This document shows, in pieces, positions 9,867 through 19,424 of a DNA stretch of 64,000 nt. Positions within the stretch are counted from its first letter, which is position 1. Every line of letters begins with the position of its first letter. This DNA is from Nitrospirota bacterium (lineage in GTDB: Bacteria; Nitrospinota_A; UBA7883; JACRGQ01): assembly GCA_024275955.1 (NCBI GenBank), contig JAJRYD010000003.1:10471-74470 (forward strand), given 5' to 3'. The notes under the pieces were generated by a model. It was not told where the DNA came from. It was given only the letters and a program-made list of their open reading frames with translations, and ran no database searches. The position numbers and the translations under genes were made by a program.

Positions 9867-10098
9867 ACTAAATCCTCCTTCCTTAATAATATTTTTTTGT
9901 TCAATTTTATAAAAATCGGTCAATCGCAACAAAGATAAGCCTCCCCTCTTTTTTTGATATCTGGTCTAAATCGGTAGCCTCCGTCTAATATTTTACATCT
10001 CCAAAGCAAATTCATATCTTCGTATCGTCAAATAAGATTATTTCTTTAGTCAAAAAACCTTTTTCAAATAGACAAATTAACAGTTATCAGCTTATTGG

Positions 10099-10114
10099 AG
10101 CAAAGACCGTGCCG
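10099..10114 (-). promoter_or_regulatory. Sigma54 (-24/-12) promoter
   Basis: Minus strand CGGCACGGTCTTTGCT vs consensus TGGCACG-N4-TTGCW, exact GG-N10-GC spacing, facing the 9866 gene. Confidence 0.75.
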
Positions 10115-10399
10115 TAATATCTTAAAAAGGCTTATATGCTAAAAGAAAAAGCTAAAGCGATAATGCCTTTAAAAACAAAATAATAGAACTGGCTATTTAT
10201 CTAAAACCACAGCTTTTCCTTTTTGAATAGATATCATTCTATTCCTTTCCTCTGTTTCTACCGCTAGATGCCAGAAATCTGCAATACGTTTGTACCAAGT
10301 AAGGAAAAATTTTCCAAAAAAATATGCCGGTTAGGTATCGGTTACTCGCCTTCGCCGTATACCTGCTGACTTTTGAGGCATTTTAAGAGTTTATCTATA

Positions 10400-10516
10400 G
10401 GGTTCCTCTAAAAATAAGTGATCTTCTTCATCGGTTTCGGCAATAGTACTAAATCCCCATCTATAATTCGACCAACCAAAAGTCAGAACTTTAAAAATAG
10501 ATTTTTAGAGGTTCCC
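10400..10516. mobile_element. Possible second MITE (family B), 117 bp
   Basis: 16-bp imperfect terminal inverted repeat GGGTTCCTCTAAAAAT / ATTTTTAGAGGTTCCC (2 mismatches); single copy in window. Confidence 0.5.
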
Positions 10517-10593
10517 TGTAGTAATTTGTTTTTTTAAGATTTTCCCATTTTCTTGAAATGGGGCCTTAGTTGCGTCATACTATCTGCTCTCTT

Positions 10594-10670
10594 GGTGGGC
10601 GTAGCTCAGTTGGTAGAGCTCTGGATTGTGGCTCCAGTGGCCGTGGGTTCAAATCCCATCGCTCACCCCA
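10594..10670 (+). tRNA. tRNA-His (GUG)
   Basis: G-1 plus GTGGGCG/CGCTCAC acceptor stem, anticodon arm CTGGA-TTGTGGC-TCCAG, GGTTCAAATCC T-loop, C discriminator, encoded CCA. Confidence 0.97.
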
Positions 10671-10715
10671 TTTAACTAGTTGCTAAAAAGCAGAAGACCG
10701 CCTGCTATTCTCCAG

Positions 10716-10745
10716 TTTACATTGGTACCTACAAACATGTAGAAT
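10716..10745 (+). promoter_or_regulatory. Putative sigma70 promoter for cheY
   Basis: TTTACA-N18-TAGAAT about 48 nt before the start. Confidence 0.4.
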
Positions 10746-10792
10746 GTAGGTCGCGCTATGTATATAAATTTTGTTTTGCACTTTAGAGGTGA

Positions 10793-11182
10793 ATGATGGG
10801 TGATATTGATCCAAACTTGCGGGTTCTTGTTGTTGACGATTTTGCTACTATGCGCAAGATCGAGAGAAATATTCTTGGACAGCTTGGCGTCAAAAACGTT
10901 GACGAAGCTGATGATGGATCTACAGCTCTTCCCAAGCTAAAGGCAAACCCTTACGACATAGTTCTTCTTGACTGGAACATGCCTACAATGACAGGTCTTG
11001 AGTTGCTTAAAACAATGCGGGCCGATGACGAGCTTAAAGAGACACCTGTTATCATGGTCACGGCGGAAGCACTGAAAGACAATATAGTTGCCGCCGCGCA
11101 AGCCGGAGTAAACGACTATATCGTAAAACCGTTCACCGCCGGAGCTTTAGAAGAAAAAATCAAGAAAGTCTTAAAGCTTTAA
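10793..11182 (+). CDS. cheY: Chemotaxis response regulator
   Basis: [29 protein letters not shown]: enteric-type CheY. Confidence 0.9.
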   Translation: MMGDIDPNLRVLVVDDFATMRKIERNILGQLGVKNVDEADDGSTALPKLKANPYDIVLLDWNMPTMTGLELLKTMRADDELKETPVIMVTAEALKDNIVAAAQAGVNDYIVKPFTAGALEEKIKKVLKL

Positions 11183-11278
11183 GAACTGCTCTTTTTTTTC
11201 TACACCGCACTTTTTTCTTAAATCTGCAGGCTGTCTGTTTGGGGCGTGCCGTAAACTTTGTTTGCCCTATCCTGTAGA

Positions 11279-11406
11279 GGGGGCTGTTGCCGAATGGCAT
11301 AAATTTGATTTTGTTACAAATTGCAATCTCTAAAGCCTCTATTTTTACGAAGTTAGAAAATGAACTTCTCCTTAAAACGCTTAAAAACTCTTTTGGAAAC
11401 AGTCCC
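11279..11406 (+). mobile_element. MITE family A, full copy, TSD GTAGA(G)
   Basis: GTAGA at 11274-11278 and 11407-11411; between convergent genes. Confidence 0.92.
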
Positions 11407-11422
11407 GTAGAGTCGAGTAGCT

Positions 11423-12127
11423 TTACCTGTTTTCAAGTAGCTGTAGGTAAGCCTTTGCTTCCTTAAAATCAGAATTAATATCCAACGCCTTTTTTATATA
11501 GATTGCCGCCTCTTCCTCTTTACCCCATTCCTTATAGGCCCGTGATAAATTGTAGTAGAGTACTTCGTCTTTTGGGTCTATCTTCAACGCCTTGGTATAG
11601 TTCCGTACCGCCTCTTCGAAAAGCTTGTTCTGTCTTAACTCGATACCTAGCTGGTTGAAGGTATGTTTGTTTTCTTCTGTGTATAAATCGGCGTTGTCCG
11701 CCATAGCATCGAAATGTTCAAGAGCTTTATCAGTTTCGCCAAGAGCCATATGGGCCTTGCCTTTTCCGAGGTGGGCCTGAAGGTTTTCACTATCCTCCTT
11801 TAACACCCTTCCAAGCTCAAAAGTAGCGGAGCTGAATTCTTCGTTTTCGAGATGCTTAAGCCCCACCTCCACCATCTTGGCCACCTGCTCCGCCTTTTTT
11901 TCTGCCGCGCTTTTTTTCTTAAACTTGCAGGCTGTATGCTCGGAGCATGCGGTAAACCTTGCCTGAAAGTCATCCATAGAAATTGTTTCCGACGATATCC
12001 CTGTCGTAGTGCCGTCGTTTTTAGGAAACTGAAGGTCTACTCCGCCGCCTCTTTCCTTGACGTAGTAGTGAAGGGCGTCAGCCGATGAACCAGAAGCAGG
12101 TTTTTCAAAATAGAGACCTTCAACCAT
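11423..12127 (-). CDS. TPR protein with unnamed N-terminal domain (CSEHTAC)
   Basis: C-terminal TPRs (KHTFNQLGIELR..AVRNYTKALKIDPKDEVLYYNLSRAY); N-terminal 70 aa similar to C-terminus of 20262 protein. Confidence 0.85.
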   Translation of the reverse strand: MVEGLYFEKPASGSSADALHYYVKERGGGVDLQFPKNDGTTTGISSETISMDDFQARFTACSEHTACKFKKKSAAEKKAEQVAKMVEVGLKHLENEEFSSATFELGRVLKEDSENLQAHLGKGKAHMALGETDKALEHFDAMADNADLYTEENKHTFNQLGIELRQNKLFEEAVRNYTKALKIDPKDEVLYYNLSRAYKEWGKEEEAAIYIKKALDINSDFKEAKAYLQLLENR

Positions 12128-12164
12128 ATCTAATTATTCCCCTCTAAAAATCACGGACTCTGTA

Positions 12165-13826
12165 TTAGCGATTCGCCCTTTTTTGGGCGCCGGTGAATTT
12201 TTTTAACTGAATTTTAAACCACCTGTCGTTCGGACTAAGCTCTAGAGCCTTATTAATCCACTCAATCGCCCCGTCAAAATCACCTTTATTGTAATAAACC
12301 TCCGAGAGGGTATCCATATACCCTGGTAAATCTTTGAAGTACTTCATGGAGGCAAGCGAAAGCTGTTCCGCCTCATCAAGGTTTTTTCCGCCAACCGCGT
12401 ATGCCCATGCCAGCCTGTTTTGTGCCGGAGCGTTTGTCGGGTCTATCTCAAGAATTTTTTTGCAGTACTCTTCGGTCTTTTCATTGTCTCCCATCCGGCT
12501 GTAGGATGTAGCCAGCCCAAGATAGGAACGTATGTTATTAGCACTTTTTGACAAGGCAAGGTTAAAATATTCTATCGCTTTTTTAGTATCGCCGTTAGAG
12601 AGAAAACCAAAAGCACTGTTGTTAATATTCTCCACATGGCCAGAATCCATTCTGCCGACAACACGAAACTCTTTGGCGGCAAGCTGTTCCTGCCCAGACT
12701 TGTGAAGAACATAGGCTAGGGCAAGCCGGTTCTCCATATTTTCCGGATCAAGCTCCAAAACCTGCCTATAGGTATTAATCGCCTTTTGCATCATCTCCAT
12801 GCTCCGCTGAAGGTCGGCAATCACTATAAGGTCTTCACGCGATGGGGGAGTGGAGACCAGCCTCTCATTAAAAAGTGCTAGCGCTTTATCTGTGCTTTTG
12901 TCAGACTTATAAAGCCTAAACAGACGCTCCACCGACAGCCGGCCGCTTCCTGCTCTGTTTACTATCGCCTCTTGTATTCTTATCTGCCCTTCCTTATCCC
13001 CTTTCGAGGAATAGTACTCGAAAAGTATCGCTCCAACCTCTTCACTTTCAGGTTTCATATCAAAATAGGTTTCATAATATGGAATCGACTCTTCTGTCTT
13101 GCCGAGGTTTTCCAGAGTGGTGGCAAGCTTCATTATCACCGCTAAATCTTTCGACTCGGCCTTGCCGGAACTTTTATAGTATTCAAACGCTTTTTTATAA
13201 TTTCCTTCACGGTAAAAGGTGTCGCCCATTTTTAAAATCCTGTCTGGGTTTTCCTTCGAGAAGTAAAGATAAATATCTCTCGATATTTTATGTTCGAGGA
13301 TTTCATTTTTCGATTTATAAACAAAAAATCCGCCGCCGCCCAAAGCGCCAAGAAAGAGCAGAGTGAAAAGGATAGATAGAAACCCCATCCCTCCTTTTTT
13401 CTTCTTTGGAAAACTATTTTTACCGATTGTCTCTGCGTAGTTGTTGCCCAGTATTTCGCTTAAATCTTCGTCGTTACCGTTTGAAGCTGTTTTCTGAGTG
13501 CCAGAAGGCATAACACAGCTTCCCTGAAGGATGGCGCCCTCTTCCGCGACGAGAACAGGAGTGTCGATACTCCCGTTAAGATAACTTTTGTCAAAAATGG
13601 AAATTTTTCTTTCGGCTTTGACGTCGCCCATAATTCTTCCCATATTAAAGAGATTACCGGCATTCACCATAGCCTCGACTTTGCCCAGATTGCCGACGAT
13701 AAGGGTTCCTTCCGTCTGTATCTCCCCTTGAAAATCGCCATCAAAGCGAAGGGCACCCTTAAACTTAAGAACGCCGTTCATCCTTATTCCATCCCCAAAG
13801 TAGGAATTTAACTCCTCTCTCATCAT
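12165..13826 (-). CDS. Bactofilin domain-TM-TPR fusion protein
   Basis: 'GVLKFKGALRFDGDFQGEI..EEGAILQGSCVM' bactofilin pattern; KKKKGG plus hydrophobic helix; TPR array to C-terminus. Confidence 0.85.
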   Translation of the reverse strand: MMREELNSYFGDGIRMNGVLKFKGALRFDGDFQGEIQTEGTLIVGNLGKVEAMVNAGNLFNMGRIMGDVKAERKISIFDKSYLNGSIDTPVLVAEEGAILQGSCVMPSGTQKTASNGNDEDLSEILGNNYAETIGKNSFPKKKKGGMGFLSILFTLLFLGALGGGGFFVYKSKNEILEHKISRDIYLYFSKENPDRILKMGDTFYREGNYKKAFEYYKSSGKAESKDLAVIMKLATTLENLGKTEESIPYYETYFDMKPESEEVGAILFEYYSSKGDKEGQIRIQEAIVNRAGSGRLSVERLFRLYKSDKSTDKALALFNERLVSTPPSREDLIVIADLQRSMEMMQKAINTYRQVLELDPENMENRLALAYVLHKSGQEQLAAKEFRVVGRMDSGHVENINNSAFGFLSNGDTKKAIEYFNLALSKSANNIRSYLGLATSYSRMGDNEKTEEYCKKILEIDPTNAPAQNRLAWAYAVGGKNLDEAEQLSLASMKYFKDLPGYMDTLSEVYYNKGDFDGAIEWINKALELSPNDRWFKIQLKKFTGAQKRANR

Positions 13827-13888
13827 ATCAGCCTATTAGGTGTAAAATTTTAAGTCAAGAGCTGACTTTGACAGCGCAACTCATTATT

Positions 13889-15394
13889 TTATTGTAGGTT
13901 TTTCAACGTAATCTCAAACCTGCCAAGCTGGCCCGAACGCTTCTTTTCAAGCAGAGTGAACTCTCTTGAACTTAGAAACCCAAATAGAATCAATACGATA
14001 ACTACAAGTATGCATGCTTTTCCGGCACTCTTTTTCTCTGGGCCGACCCCTTTTAAAAGAGCTACCACACCTGTTGAAAGCACCATATAGAAAAAAGGCA
14101 AGAAGGGGTAGACCATCCGTGAGAGGGCATAAAAAATAATCGACACGAAAAACGGAATAAGAAGAAGCAGGAGAGGAAGGTATCTTATCGCTCCTTTATC
14201 TTTCATCTTTGTCAGCTGGTAAAAGCCGTAGAGAAAGAGGAGAAGAGCGAGCGAGAGCGCTACCTTGTTTTTTGGCACGAAAGAATCGGCCTTATTTGGG
14301 ATTTCGCCTTCCAGCCCCGCCGGAAAGTTATTCAGAAAAAACCCGTTAGAAAAACCGTTTAGAAATATGCCGGCTTTTTTAGGTAATAGCGATAGTTCCA
14401 TCGGAAGATTCTCTTTGATATGCTTCCACCCCAGCCTGTAACCATCCCTCACCATAGCCAGATGCGACCCGTTGTCTGGCGTAAGGTTTAGGACAGCGCC
14501 ATCTTCTAGTCTCTCTGAAAAATAAGGGGCGTAGGTGCCGGTCGCTTTTTGGTGGTGCCCTTCAAGAAAGTTAAACGGCCCATTGAGTGCCACAGGAACA
14601 AAGGTAGGCAGGTTCGCCTGTGGGTAAGCTTTGTTAAGCTCTTTCATAAAAAAATAGTTCCTTACCGTCCATGGCGTAATCAAAAGAATAAATCCTAAAA
14701 ATGCCGCGGTGAAAATTTTTATCTTCCTCGCGGGGACCCACTCTTTTTTAAACAGCCCAAACATAAAAAAAATAAAGACAGCCAAAAGAAACTCCGACCG
14801 TGAGAGGACGGCGATGGCGGCTGTACAGCCGAAGAAAAATGAAAAAATGATATAGTGCCGGGCCGCTATCGACCTTTCTCTGTAGAGAAATATAAAACAG
14901 AATGTGGAAAGCGAAGAGGTGAATAGATAAATATTCTCGGTATTAAGACCGCCGGTAATGAAAATAAGCGTAAAAGATACAGAACATAAGAAGGCGGTTA
15001 TTAAAGCTGTTTTTTTGTCTAGCAGTTCTCTTGCGGTAAGGTAGATAAAAAGAATGGAAAGAGAGCCGATAACCGCGTAGCAGATTTTTAAGATAAATAT
15101 ATCGTGGCCGAACAGCGATTGAAACGCTATCAGTGCCCATATCGTAAACGGCGGCGGGAATGGGATGTTCATCCCTTTTCCGCTTAGAAAATCATCTGCT
15201 ATCAGCGCGTAATAATCTGCGTCTGAAAAATGCAGGACCGACCCGCTAAAAAACCGCATGCCGAGGATGGAGCTTTTTCCCGCCTCCTCCCAGCCAAGAG
15301 AGCCGAGATGCCAATACCTGTAGAGGAAAGAAAGAATAATTATGGAGAGCAGGCAAGCTATCTCACCGCCTTTAACACCTTTGGGAAAATTCAT
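13889..15394 (-). CDS. Polytopic GT-C fold glycosyltransferase (ArnT/PMT_2-like)
   Basis: 'SDADYY..A..F..G', 'PPP', 'TEN', 'PWTVRNY' motifs, many TMs. Confidence 0.75.
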   Translation of the reverse strand: MNFPKGVKGGEIACLLSIIILSFLYRYWHLGSLGWEEAGKSSILGMRFFSGSVLHFSDADYYALIADDFLSGKGMNIPFPPPFTIWALIAFQSLFGHDIFILKICYAVIGSLSILFIYLTARELLDKKTALITAFLCSVSFTLIFITGGLNTENIYLFTSSLSTFCFIFLYRERSIAARHYIIFSFFFGCTAAIAVLSRSEFLLAVFIFFMFGLFKKEWVPARKIKIFTAAFLGFILLITPWTVRNYFFMKELNKAYPQANLPTFVPVALNGPFNFLEGHHQKATGTYAPYFSERLEDGAVLNLTPDNGSHLAMVRDGYRLGWKHIKENLPMELSLLPKKAGIFLNGFSNGFFLNNFPAGLEGEIPNKADSFVPKNKVALSLALLLFLYGFYQLTKMKDKGAIRYLPLLLLLIPFFVSIIFYALSRMVYPFLPFFYMVLSTGVVALLKGVGPEKKSAGKACILVVIVLILFGFLSSREFTLLEKKRSGQLGRFEITLKNLQ

Positions 15395-15513
15395 CTATTT
15401 CAGCTTGGATGGTTCCTATCGTAGCTACTTTAAAAAAATTCGATTTCCTCTTTATCCTACCGTTAAAAATGGTATAAACACAGACTCTTTATAAATTGGA
15501 TAAGGCGAGGCAG

Positions 15514-16350
15514 ATGAAAGACAACGACATACTTGACCCACGTAAAGGAAATTTTGTGTGCGAAAACCTTGCGATTGAAATGAGCTATCCAAAAACCAAG
15601 CCCGACATAGAGGCTTTTCTCTACTACCTCTACCACGAGGATGTAGAGCTGTTTGTCGACAACTACTACGACTGGTTTCTTTTGCTAAAAGGAAAATGCT
15701 CTAAGCTTGCCAAAAACGGCAACTGTAAAATAAAAGATAGGCAGGCGGACGAATGCACGCAACATGGGCACGAAGTGGAAAGCCTAGAAGATACTGCCAA
15801 GTATCATTTTCGTAACGAATGGGAGCTGGTTCGCTACCTGAAAGAGAACAGACCGGCTCTTTTTAAAAAACTTTATCCAGAGACAAGAAAAATTGCCGCC
15901 CTAAAAAAAGCTCCAAAGCTTAAAAAGCAGAAACAAAAAGCACTTACCCCAGCTCTTGACGATGACCATAAATGCTCAAGCTGTATTTCTTGCTGTAATT
16001 ACCTAAACCTCATCATCGACAAGCCGACAGGAGAAAGCAGGCTCAACTCGATCCTCTGGTACATCTACAGGGAGGGGGTTCATGTTTACCTCGATGTCGA
16101 TGGAGACTGGAGCCTCTACCTAGAGCTCCCCTGTCTGCAACTGGATAAAAACGGCCTATGCCAAATCTACGATCGCCGGTCGTCAATCTGCCGCCAATTT
16201 TCCAGTAGCCACTGCCATGGCAACCAGATGGAAGACTCCATCAGGGAATCGTTTCCCAATGACAGTAAGTTATTGAACTTTATAGCCAAGAAGAGAAAAC
16301 CGCTTTTTAAAAGATTGAACACAAGTCTAAAAAAGCTTGCATCGAGATAG
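15514..16350 (+). CDS. YkgJ/CxxCxxCC cysteine-cluster protein, two tandem modules
   Basis: CSSCISCC..CLQL..CQIYDRRSSICRQF in module 2; module 1 paralogous but lacks the first cysteines. Confidence 0.75.
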   Translation: MKDNDILDPRKGNFVCENLAIEMSYPKTKPDIEAFLYYLYHEDVELFVDNYYDWFLLLKGKCSKLAKNGNCKIKDRQADECTQHGHEVESLEDTAKYHFRNEWELVRYLKENRPALFKKLYPETRKIAALKKAPKLKKQKQKALTPALDDDHKCSSCISCCNYLNLIIDKPTGESRLNSILWYIYREGVHVYLDVDGDWSLYLELPCLQLDKNGLCQIYDRRSSICRQFSSSHCHGNQMEDSIRESFPNDSKLLNFIAKKRKPLFKRLNTSLKKLASR

Positions 16351-16526
16351 AGCTGACCAGTAAGTCAGACCGATTACAGCTATTGCATATTTCAGCTTAT
16401 TCTAACCTATTGCTTTATCTTTACACCCAAATATGTTAGATTCTCTAAAGTGATTTTGAGAACTAGGCGATAAGAATCTTACTAGGCCGATTCTTTTACC
16501 GTCTGTTTTTTGGGGGTGTTGTTATT

Positions 16527-16979
16527 ATGGCACGGTTTTCTTCAGTAGCTTTGGTTCTGGTATTTTTAATAACCGCTTGCGGCGGCGGTGGGGGAGACAG
16601 CACCGGCAGTGATAGCGGCGGGGTAACCGACGCTTCCAGTACGGTAAAAATAACAAGCACAAACCCTGAGGATGGCGCGACCGCCGTAGCGCTTACCGTA
16701 TCCGGTAGCCGCACGCATGTTTATGTCTGGTTTGACGACCTTATCGACACGACTACTCTGACATCTAGTACAGGGTTTACTTTGGACGGCGGGTCAGGCT
16801 CTATCGCCGGAGCAGTTACCACTACAACTGTATCTGGTTCCAAGACCGAGATGCTTTATATACCGACCAGCACGCTTTCAACCTCGACACTGCATACAGC
16901 GACAGTAGCCAGCACAGTTAAAGATACCGGCGGAGCATCGAGAACTGCCGCCTATTCTTGGACATTTACAACCGAATAA
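16527..16979 (+). CDS. Ig-like (Big_5-type) domain lipoprotein
   Basis: LITAC lipobox, Gly/Ser linker, 'TSTNPEDGAT..VKDTGG..YSWTFTT'. Confidence 0.8.
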   Translation: MARFSSVALVLVFLITACGGGGGDSTGSDSGGVTDASSTVKITSTNPEDGATAVALTVSGSRTHVYVWFDDLIDTTTLTSSTGFTLDGGSGSIAGAVTTTTVSGSKTEMLYIPTSTLSTSTLHTATVASTVKDTGGASRTAAYSWTFTTE

Positions 16980-17083
16980 GAACAGCACGAAAAAACGGCA
17001 GACAGCCGGTTGTTTTTAAACTTCACGAAACCTTAAAGTGAACAGAAAATAGATTCGATTATTTTCTTGATTGGTGCTGACTT

Positions 17084-17638
17084 CTAATATTCTGCGGCGA
17101 GAGTGGTCTGCCGGCTTGAGAGCCATTGAAAATCTTTCTCTTTCCCCTCTGGAAGCTTGGTTTTGGCATAGCTCCTCTCGCCAGCCGGAAATGGCCCTTC
17201 TATCTCCATTACATACGGCTTAAATCCACTCTTTATCGGCTTTCCGAATGAAATTCCCTCGATGTCCATTGTGCCGCCGTCCTTGTAGTTAGCGGCACGT
17301 ATCTCTACTCTGAATCTCGATATATCACGGTCTCCTCTATTATTAAAACTACAGCCAAGCATATAGCCTTGGCTAAAAGAGCAGACCTGCCTTGTATATT
17401 TTTTGACATATTCGAGTGCCGTGAGGCTTTCAGCCGAGCTGTCGGTTGTAGAGAACTCTTCATCCACAACTATAGGAGGTTCATCGGGATAGCTGTTAGG
17501 CACATCGTACTGCTGTTTCAAAAGCTGTTCGGAACTTCTTGCGCTATTATTATCGGGGGTGGAGGTAGAGCTAACTCTGCCGGCAAGCTTGTAGGCTATC
17601 GTCAGCGCAATTAGGCAAACAAATAATATTCGTATCAT
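17084..17638 (-). CDS. Hypothetical exported/membrane-anchored protein
   Basis: 184 aa ORF, GAGGA SD, N-terminal hydrophobic segment. Confidence 0.65.
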   Translation of the reverse strand: MIRILFVCLIALTIAYKLAGRVSSTSTPDNNSARSSEQLLKQQYDVPNSYPDEPPIVVDEEFSTTDSSAESLTALEYVKKYTRQVCSFSQGYMLGCSFNNRGDRDISRFRVEIRAANYKDGGTMDIEGISFGKPIKSGFKPYVMEIEGPFPAGERSYAKTKLPEGKEKDFQWLSSRQTTLAAEY

Positions 17639-17861
17639 CAGCTATCCTCTCAGAGATAATTTGGTTTGCAGTATCTAACCCGCCCTTTACATCATTACTG
17701 AGTCAGCAACACTCGGCGCCTATCGGCTATGTTGTTCTCACTATGTAGATATTACCAAGTTTACTGAAGAATATGAAACCAGTGCCTCGCCCACGCTACT
17801 TGCGTGCAGGCGACAGCGATGCGCAAGCAAACTTTTAGGAAATTTTAAGCAGTTTTATTTT

Positions 17862-18029
17862 CCACCAGTGAGTACCGCCCCCACCGGCAAGGTGGTGCGC
17901 ACTGCCGGTCTGCTGTTTATCGTAGCTAGTGTCCCACCGAAGGTGGCAACGGTGCATTGATGCTAAGTTTGGGAACTTTTAGGAAACGATATCTACCACC
18001 AGTGAGTACCGCCCCCACCGGCAAGGTGG
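17862..18029. repeat. Pair of identical 34-bp REP-like palindromic units with a shorter variant between
   Basis: CCACCAGTGAGTACCGCCCCCACCGGCAAGGTGG at 17862-17895 and 17996-18029; CCACCGAAGGTGG near 17934-17946. Confidence 0.8.
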
Positions 18030-18036
18030 CCGCGTG

Positions 18037-18672
18037 CTACGGCTTGAAACGGTTTTTAAGTTCAGTCAGTATTTTTTCTGGCGGGATATCGTGCGCGGTG
18101 AGCGCGACCATCATATGGAAAAGGAGGTCGGCCGCTTCGTAGACTATCTCTTTCTCATCGTTATTTTTGCAGGCCATTACAAGTTCGACTGCTTCCTCGC
18201 CTATTTTTTTTAGGTAGGCATTTTCCCCTTTTTTGAAAAGGGAAGCGGTATAGGAACCTTCCGGCAAATCTTTTTTCCTCTGCTGTAGCACCTGATAAAG
18301 GCGTGCAAGCAGTTCTTCGCTGTCTGCCGGCGCCGGCTTTGTAAGCTCGTCACCATCAGCTATTTCCCTAAACCAGCAGGTTTCACTACCTGTGTGGCAT
18401 GCCGGCCCTTTAGCCTCTACGGTTATCAAAAGGGTATCGGCATCGCAGTCGTATTCCATCTTTGCTACTTTTTGCGTGTTGCCACTTTCTTCGCCTTTCT
18501 TCCATACCTTGCCACGCGAGCGTGAGAAAAAATGCGTGAAGCCTGTTTTCCTTGTCATCTCTATCGTTTCCGGGGTCATCCATGCCATCATAAGAACTTT
18601 TTTCGACTTTGAATCCTGCACGATAGCGGGGATCAATCCCTTTCCGTTGAATTTCAGTTCTATTTCGCTCAT
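18037..18672 (-). CDS. hisIE: Bifunctional PR-AMP cyclohydrolase/PR-ATP pyrophosphatase
   Basis: [37 protein letters not shown]. Confidence 0.96.
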   Translation of the reverse strand: MSEIELKFNGKGLIPAIVQDSKSKKVLMMAWMTPETIEMTRKTGFTHFFSRSRGKVWKKGEESGNTQKVAKMEYDCDADTLLITVEAKGPACHTGSETCWFREIADGDELTKPAPADSEELLARLYQVLQQRKKDLPEGSYTASLFKKGENAYLKKIGEEAVELVMACKNNDEKEIVYEAADLLFHMMVALTAHDIPPEKILTELKNRFKP

Positions 18673-19424
18673 ATTCTTACAGGTACCCCTTTGTCTGCCA
18701 GATAGCTTTTCACTTCGCCGATTGTATGCTCACCGAAATGGAATATGGAAGCGGCCAGAGCGGCATCTGCTTTCGCCTCGTTAAACCCTTCGTAAAAATG
18801 CTTGAGCGCTCCCACGCCTCCAGAGGCGATGACAGGTATATCGACCGCTTCACAAACGGCCCGTGTCAGTTTAATATCGTACCCTTCTTTAGTGCCGTCC
18901 CTATCCATGCTTGTAAGAAGTATTTCGCCGGCGCCGAAATCGCGCATTTTTTTACACCAGCCTATAGCCTCGATGCCTGTACCGTTTCTCCCTCCGTGAG
19001 TATAAACCTCAAACTGCTCGCCAGACCATTTCGCGTCAACCGCCACTACTATACATTGCGTGCCGAATTTGAGAGCGGCCTGTTTTACAAATTCGGGGTC
19101 TTTGATGGCGGCGGTATTTATCCCTACCTTGTCGGCACCGGCTTTTAGAAGGCTACGGATATCATCAAGAGTCCGTACGCCACCGCCAACGGTAAGCGGC
19201 ATAAAAATCTGCTCGGCGGTTCTCTCTACGACATCTATGATGGTGTTTCGGTTGTCGCTGGAGGCGGTAATATCGAGAAACGTAAGCTCGTCCGCGCCCT
19301 GCTTATCGTAGATTGCCGCCTGCTCGACAGGGTCGCCGGCATCTATAAGGTTAAGAAAGTTTATCCCTTTTACCACTCTGCCGTCCTTAACGTCGAGACA
19401 TGGAATTATTCTTTTTGTCAGCAC
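18669..19424 (-). CDS. hisF: Imidazole glycerol phosphate synthase cyclase subunit
   Basis: [26 protein letters not shown]. Confidence 0.98.
   Translation of the reverse strand: MLTKRIIPCLDVKDGRVVKGINFLNLIDAGDPVEQAAIYDKQGADELTFLDITASSDNRNTIIDVVERTAEQIFMPLTVGGGVRTLDDIRSLLKAGADKVGINTAAIKDPEFVKQAALKFGTQCIVVAVDAKWSGEQFEVYTHGGRNGTGIEAIGWCKKMRDFGAGEILLTSMDRDGTKEGYDIKLTRAVCEAVDIPVIASGGVGALKHFYEGFNEAKADAALAASIFHFGEHTIGEVKSYLADKGVPVRI

Noticed and set aside
10594-17700. Integrative island or prophage at tRNA-His
   Set aside because: No integrase and no duplicated tRNA 3' end noticed; neighbours are signalling and envelope genes
17862-18029. CRISPR array from the 34-bp direct repeat
   Set aside because: Only two full units, 100 bp apart, and no cas genes
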